Below are positions 16,213-24,968 of a stretch of DNA of 42,688 bases, piece after piece (the first letter of the stretch is position 1; each line of letters opens with the position of its first letter). The position numbers and the translations under genes were made by a program. Under the pieces are notes generated by a model. The model did no database searches and had not been told where the DNA came from. It saw only the letters and a program-made list of their open reading frames with translations. The stretch lies in assembly GCA_023450775.1 (NCBI GenBank), contig JAEXGP010000320.1, positions 1 through 42,688 on the forward strand, read 5' to 3'. This stretch comes from Actinomycetes bacterium (lineage in GTDB: Bacteria > Actinomycetota > Acidimicrobiia > Acidimicrobiales > Microtrichaceae).

Positions 16213-16701
16213 ATGGGAGAGAAGGTTCCGAGCGACGGTCAGATCGATGACATGGCACGGGCGGTGCACGAGCAGTACCTGCTCGACAACGCGGACGATC
16301 CCGGCCACGCGGCGATGGTCCCGTGGGAAGAGCTCGACCCGCTCCGGAAGTCGCAGAACCACGACCAGGTGCTGATGACGATCCAAGCACTTCGCGATGC
16401 GGGGTTCGTCCTCGCCCCGGCCGGCTCGGTGCCGACCGATGCCACAGTGACGTCGCTGGCCGACGACGTGGTCGAGTCGATGGCGCGGAACGAACACGAC
16501 AGGTGGTGCCAGAAAAAGCGCGCCGCCGGCTATCGCTACGGACCGACCACGACGGACGTCGGTGGCGATCTGCGGCACGAGAACCTCGTTGCCTGGGCGG
16601 ACCTGAGCGAGGCCGACCGCGAGAAGGACCGTCGACCGATCGCCGACTTCCCGCGGATCCTCGGCATCGGCGGGTGGGTGCTGACCAGACCGTTCGGCTG
16701 A
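16213..16701 (+). CDS. Stand-alone RyR-domain protein (two tandem RyR repeats)
   Basis: Repeat 1 'MARAVHEQYL...MVPWEELDPLRKSQN'. Repeat 2 'MARNEHDRWCQKKRAAGYRYGP...HENLVAWADLSEADREKDR', the classic RyR EHxRW...GW/YxYG...LVxWxxL...EKD motif. Confidence 0.85.
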   Translation: MGEKVPSDGQIDDMARAVHEQYLLDNADDPGHAAMVPWEELDPLRKSQNHDQVLMTIQALRDAGFVLAPAGSVPTDATVTSLADDVVESMARNEHDRWCQKKRAAGYRYGPTTTDVGGDLRHENLVAWADLSEADREKDRRPIADFPRILGIGGWVLTRPFG

Positions 16702-16795
16702 TCGCCGTCCTCCGGCGCGGACGGCGCGTACTTCCCGAGCGACGAGGGTCGCCGCTGTGCGCCCGTCAGTCCAGGGGTGTGTACCGTGCGCCGGC

Positions 16796-18922
16796 GTGAC
16801 CGACGCGCCCACGAGCCAGCCCATCCGCATCGACGCCGGGGGGTGGGGGCTCAGCTGGGTCGCCGACGACGACGGCCGGCTGCACCAGCTCGGGCTCGGG
16901 CCCGACGGCCACATCGCCACGCTCGACGTGGGCGCTCAGTGGTACCCGATCGCGTTCCCGACCCTCGACGGCACCGACCCGTTCCGCCCGCCGGCGCTGC
17001 AGATCACCCACGCCGACGGCACGCTGACCACACGGCTGGTGTTGACCGCGGTCGAGCGTGACGACGACCCGTCGGGCAGCCACGTGGTCGTCCGCACCTC
17101 CGACGAGCGCTTCGACCTGACCGTCGAGCACCACTTCCGGACCCATCCCGACTCGGGCGTGCTGGAGCAGTGGGTCGAGGTGATCCACGTGGAGGACGGA
17201 CCGATCACGCTGCTCGCCCACGACTCGCTCGCGCTCTTCCTCATGGTCCCGTCGGACGCCGAGTTCGTGCAGTTCGGCGGCGCGGGCTGGGCCGACGAGT
17301 GGCGGTGGAGCACCGACCCGCTGACCGTCGGGACGACCGTGCTCGCCAGCTTCGGCGGGGTGCAGCCGCACCTGCAGCGCAGCCCGTGCCTCCTGATGTC
17401 GCCCACCGGGCCGTTCGCCGCCGAGCAGGACGACGGTGCCGTGGTCGGCATGAGCGTGGCGTGGGGCGGCAACTCGCACCACTCCCTCGACGTGAAGCCC
17501 CGCGCGGAGCCGGACGGCCCGTGGGAGCTGCGGCTGCGGGCCGGCGCGAGCGCGCTCGGTGCGCCCTACCGCCTGGACCCCGGCGTCCGCATGGTGCTGC
17601 CGACCGTGGCGTGGACGTGGTCGATGACCGGGCGCGACGGCGTGACCGATGCGTTCCACCGGTGGAGCCGTGATCGGGTGCTGCGCGATCCGGACCGCCG
17701 GCGCCCGCTGGTCGTCAACAACTGGGAGGCGACGTTCTTCGACTTCGACGAGGCGCGCATCGTCGGGCTGATCGACCGGGCCGCCGACCTCGGTGCGGAC
17801 GTCTTCCTGCTCGACGACGGCTGGTTCGGCACGACCCATCCGCGCGACGACGACACGCAGGGCCTGGGCGACTGGGACCACGACGTCCGCAAGCTCCCGG
17901 GCGGGCTCGCGCCGCTCGCCGACGCCGCGATCGGGCGGGACATCCGCTTCGGCATCTGGGTGGAGCCCGAGATGGTCAACCCGGTGAGCGAGCTCTACGA
18001 CGCGCACCCCGAGTGGGTGCTGCGCGACGCGCGGGAGCCCCGGCTGCACCGCCACCAGCTCTACCTGGACCCGTTGCAGGCCGACGTCCGCGACTTCGAG
18101 GTCGCGGTGGTCGACCGCACGCTCGCGTCGGCGCCGCCGACCAGCTACGTGAAGTGGGACGCCAACCGGCCGATCACCGACCCCGGCTCCCGGGCGTTGC
18201 CCGCCGACCGCCAGGCCAACGTCTGGTTCGACCACGTCGGCGCGACCTGGGAGGTCATGGAGCGCGTGGCCGACGGCCATCCCGACGTGGAGCTGATGCT
18301 GTGCGCCTCGGGCGGCGGCCGCGTCGACCACGGCACCCTGCGCTGGTTCCACGAGTTCTGGACCTCCGACAACACCGACCCGGTCACGCGTGTCCGCATG
18401 CAGTGGGCCTGCTCGCACTTCTTCCCCGGTGCCGTCATGGCGGCCCACGTGACCCGGTGGGGCGAGCGGCCGATGCCGTTCGCCTGCGCGGTCGCGCTGT
18501 CGGGACGATTCGGCATCGACCTGGACCTGGGGTCGGTCACGGACGACGAGGACGCGGTGCTGCGCCGGGCGGTCGAGTGGGCCCGTCGCACCCAGGACGT
18601 GGTGCAGCGAGGAACGGTCCGGCGCTACGTGTCGCCGGTGGATGGCGACGATCGGTCGAGGGCGGCCTGGTCGATCGCCGGCGACGACCGTCGGGTCGTC
18701 GTGTTCGCCTACCAGCTCGAGGATCCGTCGGGCCCGGCGCACTCGATCGCACTGCGGGGCCTGGACGCGGACGCGACCTACGAGGTGCGCTCGACCGACC
18801 TGGACGCGTTCGACGAAACCACGACCGCAACGGGTGCCGAGCTCGCGGCCGGTCTCGCGTGGCCGCTCGACGCGCCGCTCACCGCTCGCCTCTGGGAGCT
18901 CACGCCGCTCGAGCGGTTCTGA
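16796..18922 (+). CDS. Alpha-galactosidase, glycoside hydrolase family 36
   Basis: 'VNNWEATFFDFDE', 'FLLDDGWFG', 'GLGDW', 'FGIWVEPEMVN', nucleophile 'YVKWDANR', 'CASGGGRVD', acid/base 'WTSDNTD'. Start GTG 16796 (alternative 16757). Confidence 0.93.
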   Translation: MTDAPTSQPIRIDAGGWGLSWVADDDGRLHQLGLGPDGHIATLDVGAQWYPIAFPTLDGTDPFRPPALQITHADGTLTTRLVLTAVERDDDPSGSHVVVRTSDERFDLTVEHHFRTHPDSGVLEQWVEVIHVEDGPITLLAHDSLALFLMVPSDAEFVQFGGAGWADEWRWSTDPLTVGTTVLASFGGVQPHLQRSPCLLMSPTGPFAAEQDDGAVVGMSVAWGGNSHHSLDVKPRAEPDGPWELRLRAGASALGAPYRLDPGVRMVLPTVAWTWSMTGRDGVTDAFHRWSRDRVLRDPDRRRPLVVNNWEATFFDFDEARIVGLIDRAADLGADVFLLDDGWFGTTHPRDDDTQGLGDWDHDVRKLPGGLAPLADAAIGRDIRFGIWVEPEMVNPVSELYDAHPEWVLRDAREPRLHRHQLYLDPLQADVRDFEVAVVDRTLASAPPTSYVKWDANRPITDPGSRALPADRQANVWFDHVGATWEVMERVADGHPDVELMLCASGGGRVDHGTLRWFHEFWTSDNTDPVTRVRMQWACSHFFPGAVMAAHVTRWGERPMPFACAVALSGRFGIDLDLGSVTDDEDAVLRRAVEWARRTQDVVQRGTVRRYVSPVDGDDRSRAAWSIAGDDRRVVVFAYQLEDPSGPAHSIALRGLDADATYEVRSTDLDAFDETTTATGAELAAGLAWPLDAPLTARLWELTPLERF

Positions 18923-18925
18923 CTG

Positions 18926-19034
18926 CGGGACGTCTCGCACCCGATGAGGGCACGACGCGTCAGGGGTTCCGGCACGGCCTGAGCTCGGGACGTCACGCAC
19001 CCGATGTGGGCGCGACGCGTCCCGGGGTCCGGCA
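18926..19034. repeat. Two tandem copies (period 60 bp) of a ~49-bp palindromic REP-like element (family B)
   Basis: CGGGACGTCTCGCACCCGATGAGGGCACGACGCGTCAGGGGTTCCGGCA (18926-18974) and CGGGACGTCACGCACCCGATGTGGGCGCGACGCGTCCCGGGGTCCGGCA (18986-19034). Confidence 0.8.
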
Positions 19035-19066
19035 GCCACGAACCCCCCCCCAGGGGTCTGAACTCG

Positions 19067-19108
19067 TTGACCAGCGGGCATGGAGAGGCTGTGATGTGGG
19101 TCACAGCC
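19067..19108 (+). promoter_or_regulatory. Putative promoter (TTGACC-N17-TGTGAT) overlapped by a CRP/GlxR-type site
   Basis: TGTGA-tgtggg-TCACA at 19090-19105, extending to GGCTGTGA-N6-TCACAGCC, 15 nt before the SBP ATG. Confidence 0.6.
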
Positions 19109-19123
19109 ACCCGGGGGGTGCGC

Positions 19124-20524
19124 ATGGCAGGTGCTGGCGGACGAGATCGCCGGTCGCGACGTCGGGGGGCGTCGGGACCAACCGGCCGAGGTCGACGTCG
19201 CGCGCCCCGGCACCGACACCGCCACCGCGGCCCGTCGCGGACCGTCCTCGCCGCACTCGCCGTCGTGCTGTGCGCCGGTGGGTTGGCCGCCTGCTCGGGC
19301 GACGACGACTCGGGCACGCCGTTGCTCACCTGGTACATCAACCCCGACAACGGCGGGCAGAAGACGCTGGCGCAGGAGTGCAGCGACGCCAGCGACGGCG
19401 CCTACCGCATCCAGACCCAGATCCTCCCCAACGAGGCCGACGCCCAGCGGGAGCAGCTGGTCCGGCGGCTCGCCGCGCAGGACAGCTCGATCGACCTGAT
19501 GAGCCTGGACCCGCCGTTCGTCGCCGAGTTCGCCAACGCCGGCTACCTGCGGCCGATCACCGACCCGGCCGACGTCGAGCAGCTCACCGAGGGCGTGCTC
19601 GACGCGCCCATGGAGACGGCCAAGTGGGACGGCAAGCTCGTCGCCACCCCGTTCTGGGCCAACACGCAGCTCCTCTGGTACCGCAAGTCCGTGGCCGCGG
19701 CCGCCGGGGTGGATCCGACCTCCGACGACTTCACCTGGGAGGCGATGATCAAGGCCGCCGAGTCCCAGCAGAAGCGCATCGGTGTCCAGGGCCGCCGGTA
19801 CGAGGGCTACATGGTGTGGATCAACGCCCTGGTCGAATCGGCCGGCGGCCAGATCATCGAGAACACGGAGAAGGGCAAGGACGCCACGCCGTCGATGGCC
19901 GGTCCCGCGGGTGATGTCGCGGCCGACATCGTCGGCGGGCTCGCGCGGTCGTCCGCCGCCCCGGCCGACATGTCGACCGCGGGGGAGGAGGAGGCCCGCT
20001 CGCTCTTCCAGGGCGACTCCGGGTCCTTCATGGTCAACTGGCCGTACGTGTACCAGGCCGCCAAGGAGTCGGTGGAGGCCGGCGCGATCGACCAGTCGGT
20101 GCTCGACGACATCGCCTGGGCCCGGTATCCGCAGGCGGTGGCGGGCGAGCAGAGCGCCCCGCCGCTCGGCGGCATCGACCTGGCGATCGGCAACTTCACC
20201 GAGCACCCCGACGAGGCGCTGGACGCGGTGAAGTGCATCACGTCGGTCGAGAACAACGCCCAGTACATGGTCGAGGCCGGCAACCCCGCCGCACGCGCCG
20301 CCGCCTACGACGACCCCAAGGTCAAGGAGGCGTTCCCGATGGCGGACCTGATCCGCGACTCGATCGACACCGCCGGGCCCCGCCCGATCACTCCGTACTA
20401 CGGCGACGTGTCCACGTCGGTCCAACGGATCTGGCATCCGTCCACCTCGGTGAAGGCCCCGCCGACGCCCGAGGACACCGACCAGTTCATGACCGAGGTC
20501 CTCAGAGGGGAGCGCCTGCTGTGA
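19124..20524 (+). CDS. lpqY: Sugar (trehalose-type) ABC transporter substrate-binding lipoprotein, LpqY-like
   Basis: Lipobox 'GGLAAC', 'LPNEADAQREQLVRRLAAQD', 'PFWANTQLLWYRKS', 'FMVNWPYVY', 'PLGGIDLAI', 'PRPITPYY'. Start uncertain. Confidence 0.8.
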   Translation: MAGAGGRDRRSRRRGASGPTGRGRRRAPRHRHRHRGPSRTVLAALAVVLCAGGLAACSGDDDSGTPLLTWYINPDNGGQKTLAQECSDASDGAYRIQTQILPNEADAQREQLVRRLAAQDSSIDLMSLDPPFVAEFANAGYLRPITDPADVEQLTEGVLDAPMETAKWDGKLVATPFWANTQLLWYRKSVAAAAGVDPTSDDFTWEAMIKAAESQQKRIGVQGRRYEGYMVWINALVESAGGQIIENTEKGKDATPSMAGPAGDVAADIVGGLARSSAAPADMSTAGEEEARSLFQGDSGSFMVNWPYVYQAAKESVEAGAIDQSVLDDIAWARYPQAVAGEQSAPPLGGIDLAIGNFTEHPDEALDAVKCITSVENNAQYMVEAGNPAARAAAYDDPKVKEAFPMADLIRDSIDTAGPRPITPYYGDVSTSVQRIWHPSTSVKAPPTPEDTDQFMTEVLRGERLL

Positions 20525-21474
20525 CCGCAGTGATCGAACCCGAGGCGGCCGACACCGGCCCGCCCGAACCGCCGCCCGCCGTCGCGACCAATGGCAGGAC
20601 CGACCGCGCCACCCACGAGCGGCGGCTCGGGCTGCGCCTGTCCGCGCCGGCCTTCCTGGTCATGATCCTGGTCACGGCGTACCCGCTCGGGTACGCCGTG
20701 GTCCTGTCCCTCTTCAGCTACCGGCTCACCGACCCCGAGGGCCGCGAGTTCGTCGGCCTGCAGAACTACTGGGTGGTGCTCACCGACCCGGTGTGGTGGG
20801 GGGCGGTCGGCACCACGGCGATCATCACGGTCATCAGCGTGGCGGTCGAGCTGGTGCTCGGGTTCGGCTTCGCGTGGGTCATGTTCCGCATCGTGCGGGG
20901 CCGCTCGTTCGTCCGCACCGCCATCCTCGTCCCCTACGGGATCATCACCGTCGTCTCCGCCTTCATCTGGCGCTACGCCTTCCAGCTCGACTCGGGCTTC
21001 GTGAACACCTGGCTCGGCCTGGAGGACTTCAACTGGTTCGGCGAGCGGTGGTCGTCGCTGTTCGTGATCACGCTGTCGGAGATCTGGAAGACCACGCCGT
21101 TCATCTCGCTGCTGCTGCTCGCGGGCCTGGTGCAGGTGCCCGAGGACATGCTCGAGGCGGCCAAGGTCGACGGCGCCACGTCGTGGCAGCGTCTCTGGAA
21201 GGTCGTCCTGCCCAACATGAAGGCGGCGATCATGGTCGCCGTGCTGTTCCGCACGCTCGACGCGTGGCGGATCTTCGACAACCCGTTCATCATGACGCAG
21301 GGTGCCAACGGCACCGAGACCCTGTCGTTCCTGGCCTACCGGCAGAACGTCACGCTCGTGAACCTGGGCTCGGGCTCCGCCGTGTCGGTCCTGTTGTTCC
21401 TCACCGTCTTCCTGATCGCCTTCATCTTCGTGAAGGGCTTCAGGACGGACCTGTCCCAGGTGAGGGGTGATTGA
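20521..21474 (+). CDS. sugA: Sugar ABC transporter permease (SugA-like)
   Basis: GTG overlaps the SBP stop. 'EIWKTTPFISLLLLAGL', EAA loop 'EAAKVDGATSWQR'. Confidence 0.85.
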   Translation: MTAVIEPEAADTGPPEPPPAVATNGRTDRATHERRLGLRLSAPAFLVMILVTAYPLGYAVVLSLFSYRLTDPEGREFVGLQNYWVVLTDPVWWGAVGTTAIITVISVAVELVLGFGFAWVMFRIVRGRSFVRTAILVPYGIITVVSAFIWRYAFQLDSGFVNTWLGLEDFNWFGERWSSLFVITLSEIWKTTPFISLLLLAGLVQVPEDMLEAAKVDGATSWQRLWKVVLPNMKAAIMVAVLFRTLDAWRIFDNPFIMTQGANGTETLSFLAYRQNVTLVNLGSGSAVSVLLFLTVFLIAFIFVKGFRTDLSQVRGD

Positions 21475-21475
21475 C

Positions 21476-22312
21476 GTGGCCGGCACCGGCAACCGCACCA
21501 GCAACTGGTGGACCGCGTGGGGGCTCCTCATCCTGGTGTGGGCGGCGTTCCCGCTCCTCTGGATGGTGTCGCTGGCGTTCCGCAGCCCCGACAGCTTCGG
21601 CAGCGGGCCCACCTTCTGGCCCAAGGAGTGGACCTGGGAGAACTTCTCCACCGTCTTCAGCGACGAGCTGTTCACGTCCGCGCTGCGCAACAGCTTCGGC
21701 ATCTCGATCATCGCGACCGTGCTGTCGGTGATCATCGCCATGTTCGCCGCCTACGCGATCGCCAGACTCGACTTCCCGGGCAAGAAGCTCCTCCTGTCGA
21801 TGGCGCTCGCGATCGCCATGTTCCCCGTCGCCGCGCTGGTGGGGCCGCTGTTCAACATGTGGCGCGGTCTCGGCATCTACGACACGTGGCTCGGGCTGAT
21901 CATCCCGTACCTGACGTTCGCGCTGCCGCTGTCGATCTGGACCATGTCGGCGTTCTTCCGACAGATCCCGTGGGAGATGGAGCAGGCCGCCCAGGTGGAC
22001 GGGGCCACGCCGTGGCAGGCGTTCCGCAAGGTGATCGTGCCGCTGGCCGCGCCCGGGGTGTTCACGACCGCCATCCTCACGTTCTTCTTCTGCTGGAACG
22101 AGTTCCTGCTGGCCATCTCGCTCACGTCGACCGACCGGGCCCGCACCGTCCCGGCCGCGCTGTCGTTCTTCACCGGCAGCTCGCAGTTCCAGAGCCCGAT
22201 CGCCCCGATCATGGCCGCGTCGGTCGTGGTCACGATCCCGGTCGTGATCCTCGTCCTCGCCTTCCAACGCCGAATCGTCGCCGGCCTCACCTCGGGCGCT
22301 GTGAAGGGCTGA
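21476..22312 (+). CDS. sugB: Sugar ABC transporter permease (SugB-like)
   Basis: 'AFFRQIPWEMEQAAQVDGAT', 'FFFCWNEFL', 'FQRRIVAGLTSGAVKG'. Start GTG 21476 or 21467. Confidence 0.85.
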   Translation: MAGTGNRTSNWWTAWGLLILVWAAFPLLWMVSLAFRSPDSFGSGPTFWPKEWTWENFSTVFSDELFTSALRNSFGISIIATVLSVIIAMFAAYAIARLDFPGKKLLLSMALAIAMFPVAALVGPLFNMWRGLGIYDTWLGLIIPYLTFALPLSIWTMSAFFRQIPWEMEQAAQVDGATPWQAFRKVIVPLAAPGVFTTAILTFFFCWNEFLLAISLTSTDRARTVPAALSFFTGSSQFQSPIAPIMAASVVVTIPVVILVLAFQRRIVAGLTSGAVKG

Positions 22313-22358
22313 GCGCCGCCCGTCCGCCCATTCCGAGAACACGAACAGGAGCACCACC

Positions 22359-23582
22359 GTGGCCGCCATCGCCATGCGCAACCTGGTCAAGACCTATGGA
22401 GACGGCTTCAAGGCCGTCAACGACATCACCCTGGACATCGCCGACGGCGAGTTCATGATCCTCGTCGGGCCGTCCGGCTGCGGGAAGTCCACGCTGCTGC
22501 GGATGATCGTGGGTCTCGAGGACATCACGTCGGGCGAGCTCGACATCGGCGGTGAGCGCGTCAACGACCTGGCGCCGCGGGACCGGAACCTGGCGATGGT
22601 GTTCCAGAACTACGCGCTCTATCCGCACCTGAGCGTGTTCGAGAACATCGCGTTCCCGCTGCGGCTCCGCAAGGACATGAGCAACGAGGAGATCGACCGC
22701 AAGGTGCGGGACGCGGCCGAGACGTTGGAGCTCACCGAGCACCTGGACCGCAAGCCCAGCAACCTGTCGGGCGGTCAGCGTCAGCGGGTGGCGATGGGCC
22801 GGGCGATCGTGCGCGACGCCAAGGTGTTCCTCTTCGACGAGCCGCTGTCGAACCTGGACGCCAAGCTGCGCGGCCAGATGCGCACCGAGATCCTGCGGCT
22901 GCAGCGGCGGATGGGCACGACGACCGTCTACGTCACCCACGACCAGACCGAGGCGATGACGCTGGGCGACCGGGTGGCGCTCATGCGCCGCGGCGAGATC
23001 CAGCAGGTGGGCACCCCTCGCGAGCTCTACGAGCACCCGGTCAACACGTTCGTCGCCGGCTTCATCGGGTCGCCGCCGATGAACTTCGTGCCCGGCGCCA
23101 TGGAGGACGGACAGCTCCACCTGCCGTTCGTGACGTTCGAACTGCCGGCCGACCGGCGCGAGGTCGTCGGCGACCGTCACTACGTCACGGTCGGCATCCG
23201 GCCCGAGCGCTTCGAGGACCGGGCGCTGGTCGACGAGAGCAAGGTCGCCAAGGGCGTGAGCTTCGACGCCCCGGTCGACGTGGTGGAGTGGCTCGGCAAC
23301 GAGCAGTACGCGTACGTGCCGTTCGAGACCGACCCGAAGCTGCTCGAGTCGCTCTCCGAGCTGGAGCGGGAGCTCGACGGCGAGCAGGCCCGCACGCAGC
23401 TCGTCGTGGCGCTCGAACCGTCGAGCCGCGTGGTGCCCGGCGAGTCCGCCCAGTTCTGGTTCGACCCCGAGGACATGCACATCTTCGACGCCGGCACCGG
23501 CGAGAACCTCACCCGGGACCTCGCGTTGGGCGAGGGCGTCACGACCGGCAGCGTGGCGGCCGAACCCGTCGGCAACGGCTGA
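22359..23582 (+). CDS. sugC: Sugar ABC transporter ATP-binding protein (SugC/MalK-like)
   Basis: GPSGCGKST, 'MVFQNYALYPH', LSGGQRQRVAMGR, 'FLFDEPLSNLDAKLR', C-terminal TOBE region. AGGAG RBS. Confidence 0.9.
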   Translation: MAAIAMRNLVKTYGDGFKAVNDITLDIADGEFMILVGPSGCGKSTLLRMIVGLEDITSGELDIGGERVNDLAPRDRNLAMVFQNYALYPHLSVFENIAFPLRLRKDMSNEEIDRKVRDAAETLELTEHLDRKPSNLSGGQRQRVAMGRAIVRDAKVFLFDEPLSNLDAKLRGQMRTEILRLQRRMGTTTVYVTHDQTEAMTLGDRVALMRRGEIQQVGTPRELYEHPVNTFVAGFIGSPPMNFVPGAMEDGQLHLPFVTFELPADRREVVGDRHYVTVGIRPERFEDRALVDESKVAKGVSFDAPVDVVEWLGNEQYAYVPFETDPKLLESLSELERELDGEQARTQLVVALEPSSRVVPGESAQFWFDPEDMHIFDAGTGENLTRDLALGEGVTTGSVAAEPVGNG

Positions 23583-23612
23583 GCGCACCTCGGCCGGCGG
23601 AGGTCCGACCCC

Positions 23613-24917
23613 GTGACGGCCCCCGAGCTGCGACTGCGCCAGACGCCACCGGGACTGCTGGCGCTGCCGTGGGCCCGACCGCTCGCGGAGTGGACCCCCG
23701 AGACGGTCGAGCTGCGCGACCTGCCGGTGGGGCCGAGCCGTCACCTGGTCCGGTTCGTGGAGGCCGACGGGCGGCTGTGGGCGCTCAAGGACCTGCCCCC
23801 GCCCCTCGCCACCCGTGAGTACGAGGTGCTGCGGGAGCTCGAGCGCCGGCACCTCGCCGCGGTGCGCGTGGCGGGTGTGGTGCACCAGCCCGACGTCGGC
23901 TCGGCGATCCTCGTCACGCACTACCTGGAGCGGTCGTGGCAGTACCGCCGGCTGTTCATGCGCGTCGCCGGGTCGCTGCGGGCGCACCGCGGTCGGCTGC
24001 TCGACGCGATGGCGCTGCTGCTGGTCGACCTGCACCGCAACGGCGTGTACTGGGGCGACTGCTCGCTGGCCAACACGCTGTTCGTCCGGGACGGCCAGGG
24101 GATCCAGGCGTGGTTCGTCGACGCCGAGACCGCCGAGCTCCACGACACGCTGAGCGACGGCCAGCGCGCCGACGACCTGGCCACCGCGGTCGAGAACGTC
24201 GCCGGCGGCCTGCTCGACGTCGCCGCGGCGCGGGCCGCGTCCGCGCCGCCGGGCGAGATGACCACCGAGTCGCTGCTGGACGAGGCGCAGAGCGTGGCCA
24301 CCCGCTACGAGGGCCTGTGGGACCTGCTCTTCGACGCGCCGGTGGTCGACCTGGGCGACCACGACCGGATCGCCGCCCGACTGCACCGGCTGGAGGAGCT
24401 CGGCTTCGAGCTCGACGAGGTGCGGTTCGAGCCGACCGGGGAGCGGACCGACCAGCTGCGCATGCGCGTGGCCGTCGGCGGTCGCAGCTACCACGCCGAC
24501 CGGCTGCGGGCGCTCACCGGGATCGACGCCGGCGAGGGACAGGCCACGATCCTCATGAACGACCTGCTGGCGTACGGGGCGTCGTTGCGCAGCCGCTGGC
24601 GGCGCGAGGTGAGCGAGGACGAGGTGGCCCGGACGTGGCTGGAGGACGCGTACCTGCCGGGGGTGGCCCGGGCCCGCGAGGTCCTGGGCGAGGCGACGTC
24701 ACCGGTCCAGGCGTACTGCGACCTGATCGAGGTGCGGTGGTTGCTGAGCGAGAAGGCCGGCCGCGACGTCGGTGACGACGCCGCGCTCTACGTCTTGGCG
24801 ACGCGGGAGACGCCCGACGAGTCGGCCGCCACACTGGCGGTGCTCGACCCCGAGACCACCGAGCTCCCCGCGGTGCCGGTGCCGCCGTCGCCGGGCCCGG
24901 GGCTCGGGTCGTCCTGA
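23613..24917 (+). CDS. DUF4032-domain / LPS-kinase-like protein
   Basis: 'LPWARPLAEW', 'GPSRHLVRFV', 'LLVDLHRNGVYWGDCSLANTLF...VDAETAELH', 'HRLEELGFE', 'RWLLSEKAGRDVG'. Confidence 0.8.
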   Translation: MTAPELRLRQTPPGLLALPWARPLAEWTPETVELRDLPVGPSRHLVRFVEADGRLWALKDLPPPLATREYEVLRELERRHLAAVRVAGVVHQPDVGSAILVTHYLERSWQYRRLFMRVAGSLRAHRGRLLDAMALLLVDLHRNGVYWGDCSLANTLFVRDGQGIQAWFVDAETAELHDTLSDGQRADDLATAVENVAGGLLDVAAARAASAPPGEMTTESLLDEAQSVATRYEGLWDLLFDAPVVDLGDHDRIAARLHRLEELGFELDEVRFEPTGERTDQLRMRVAVGGRSYHADRLRALTGIDAGEGQATILMNDLLAYGASLRSRWRREVSEDEVARTWLEDAYLPGVARAREVLGEATSPVQAYCDLIEVRWLLSEKAGRDVGDDAALYVLATRETPDESAATLAVLDPETTELPAVPVPPSPGPGLGSS

Positions 24918-24918
24918 T

Positions 24919-24967
24919 CTCGGGCCCTCTCGCGCCCGATGTGGGCGCGACGTGTCCCGAGTTCCGG
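24919..24967. repeat. Third copy of family B palindromic element
   Basis: CTCGGGCCCTCTCGCGCCCGATGTGGGCGCGACGTGTCCCGAGTTCCGG; 42/49 identical to 18984-19032. Lies between convergent stops. Confidence 0.75.
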
Positions 24968-24968
24968 G

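Noticed and set aside
18926..19034. Possible CRISPR array (60-bp periodic repeat)
   Set aside because: Only two imperfect ~49-bp copies with an 11-bp gap, no cas genes, and a third dispersed copy; this fits a REP-like element.
16766..20437. 1223-aa minus-strand ORF and other long antisense ORFs (1777-4416, 10927-13044, 22287-24494, 34885-36540, 37886-39754)
   Set aside because: Shadow ORFs opposite well-supported genes, expected in high-GC DNA, with no recognisable motifs.
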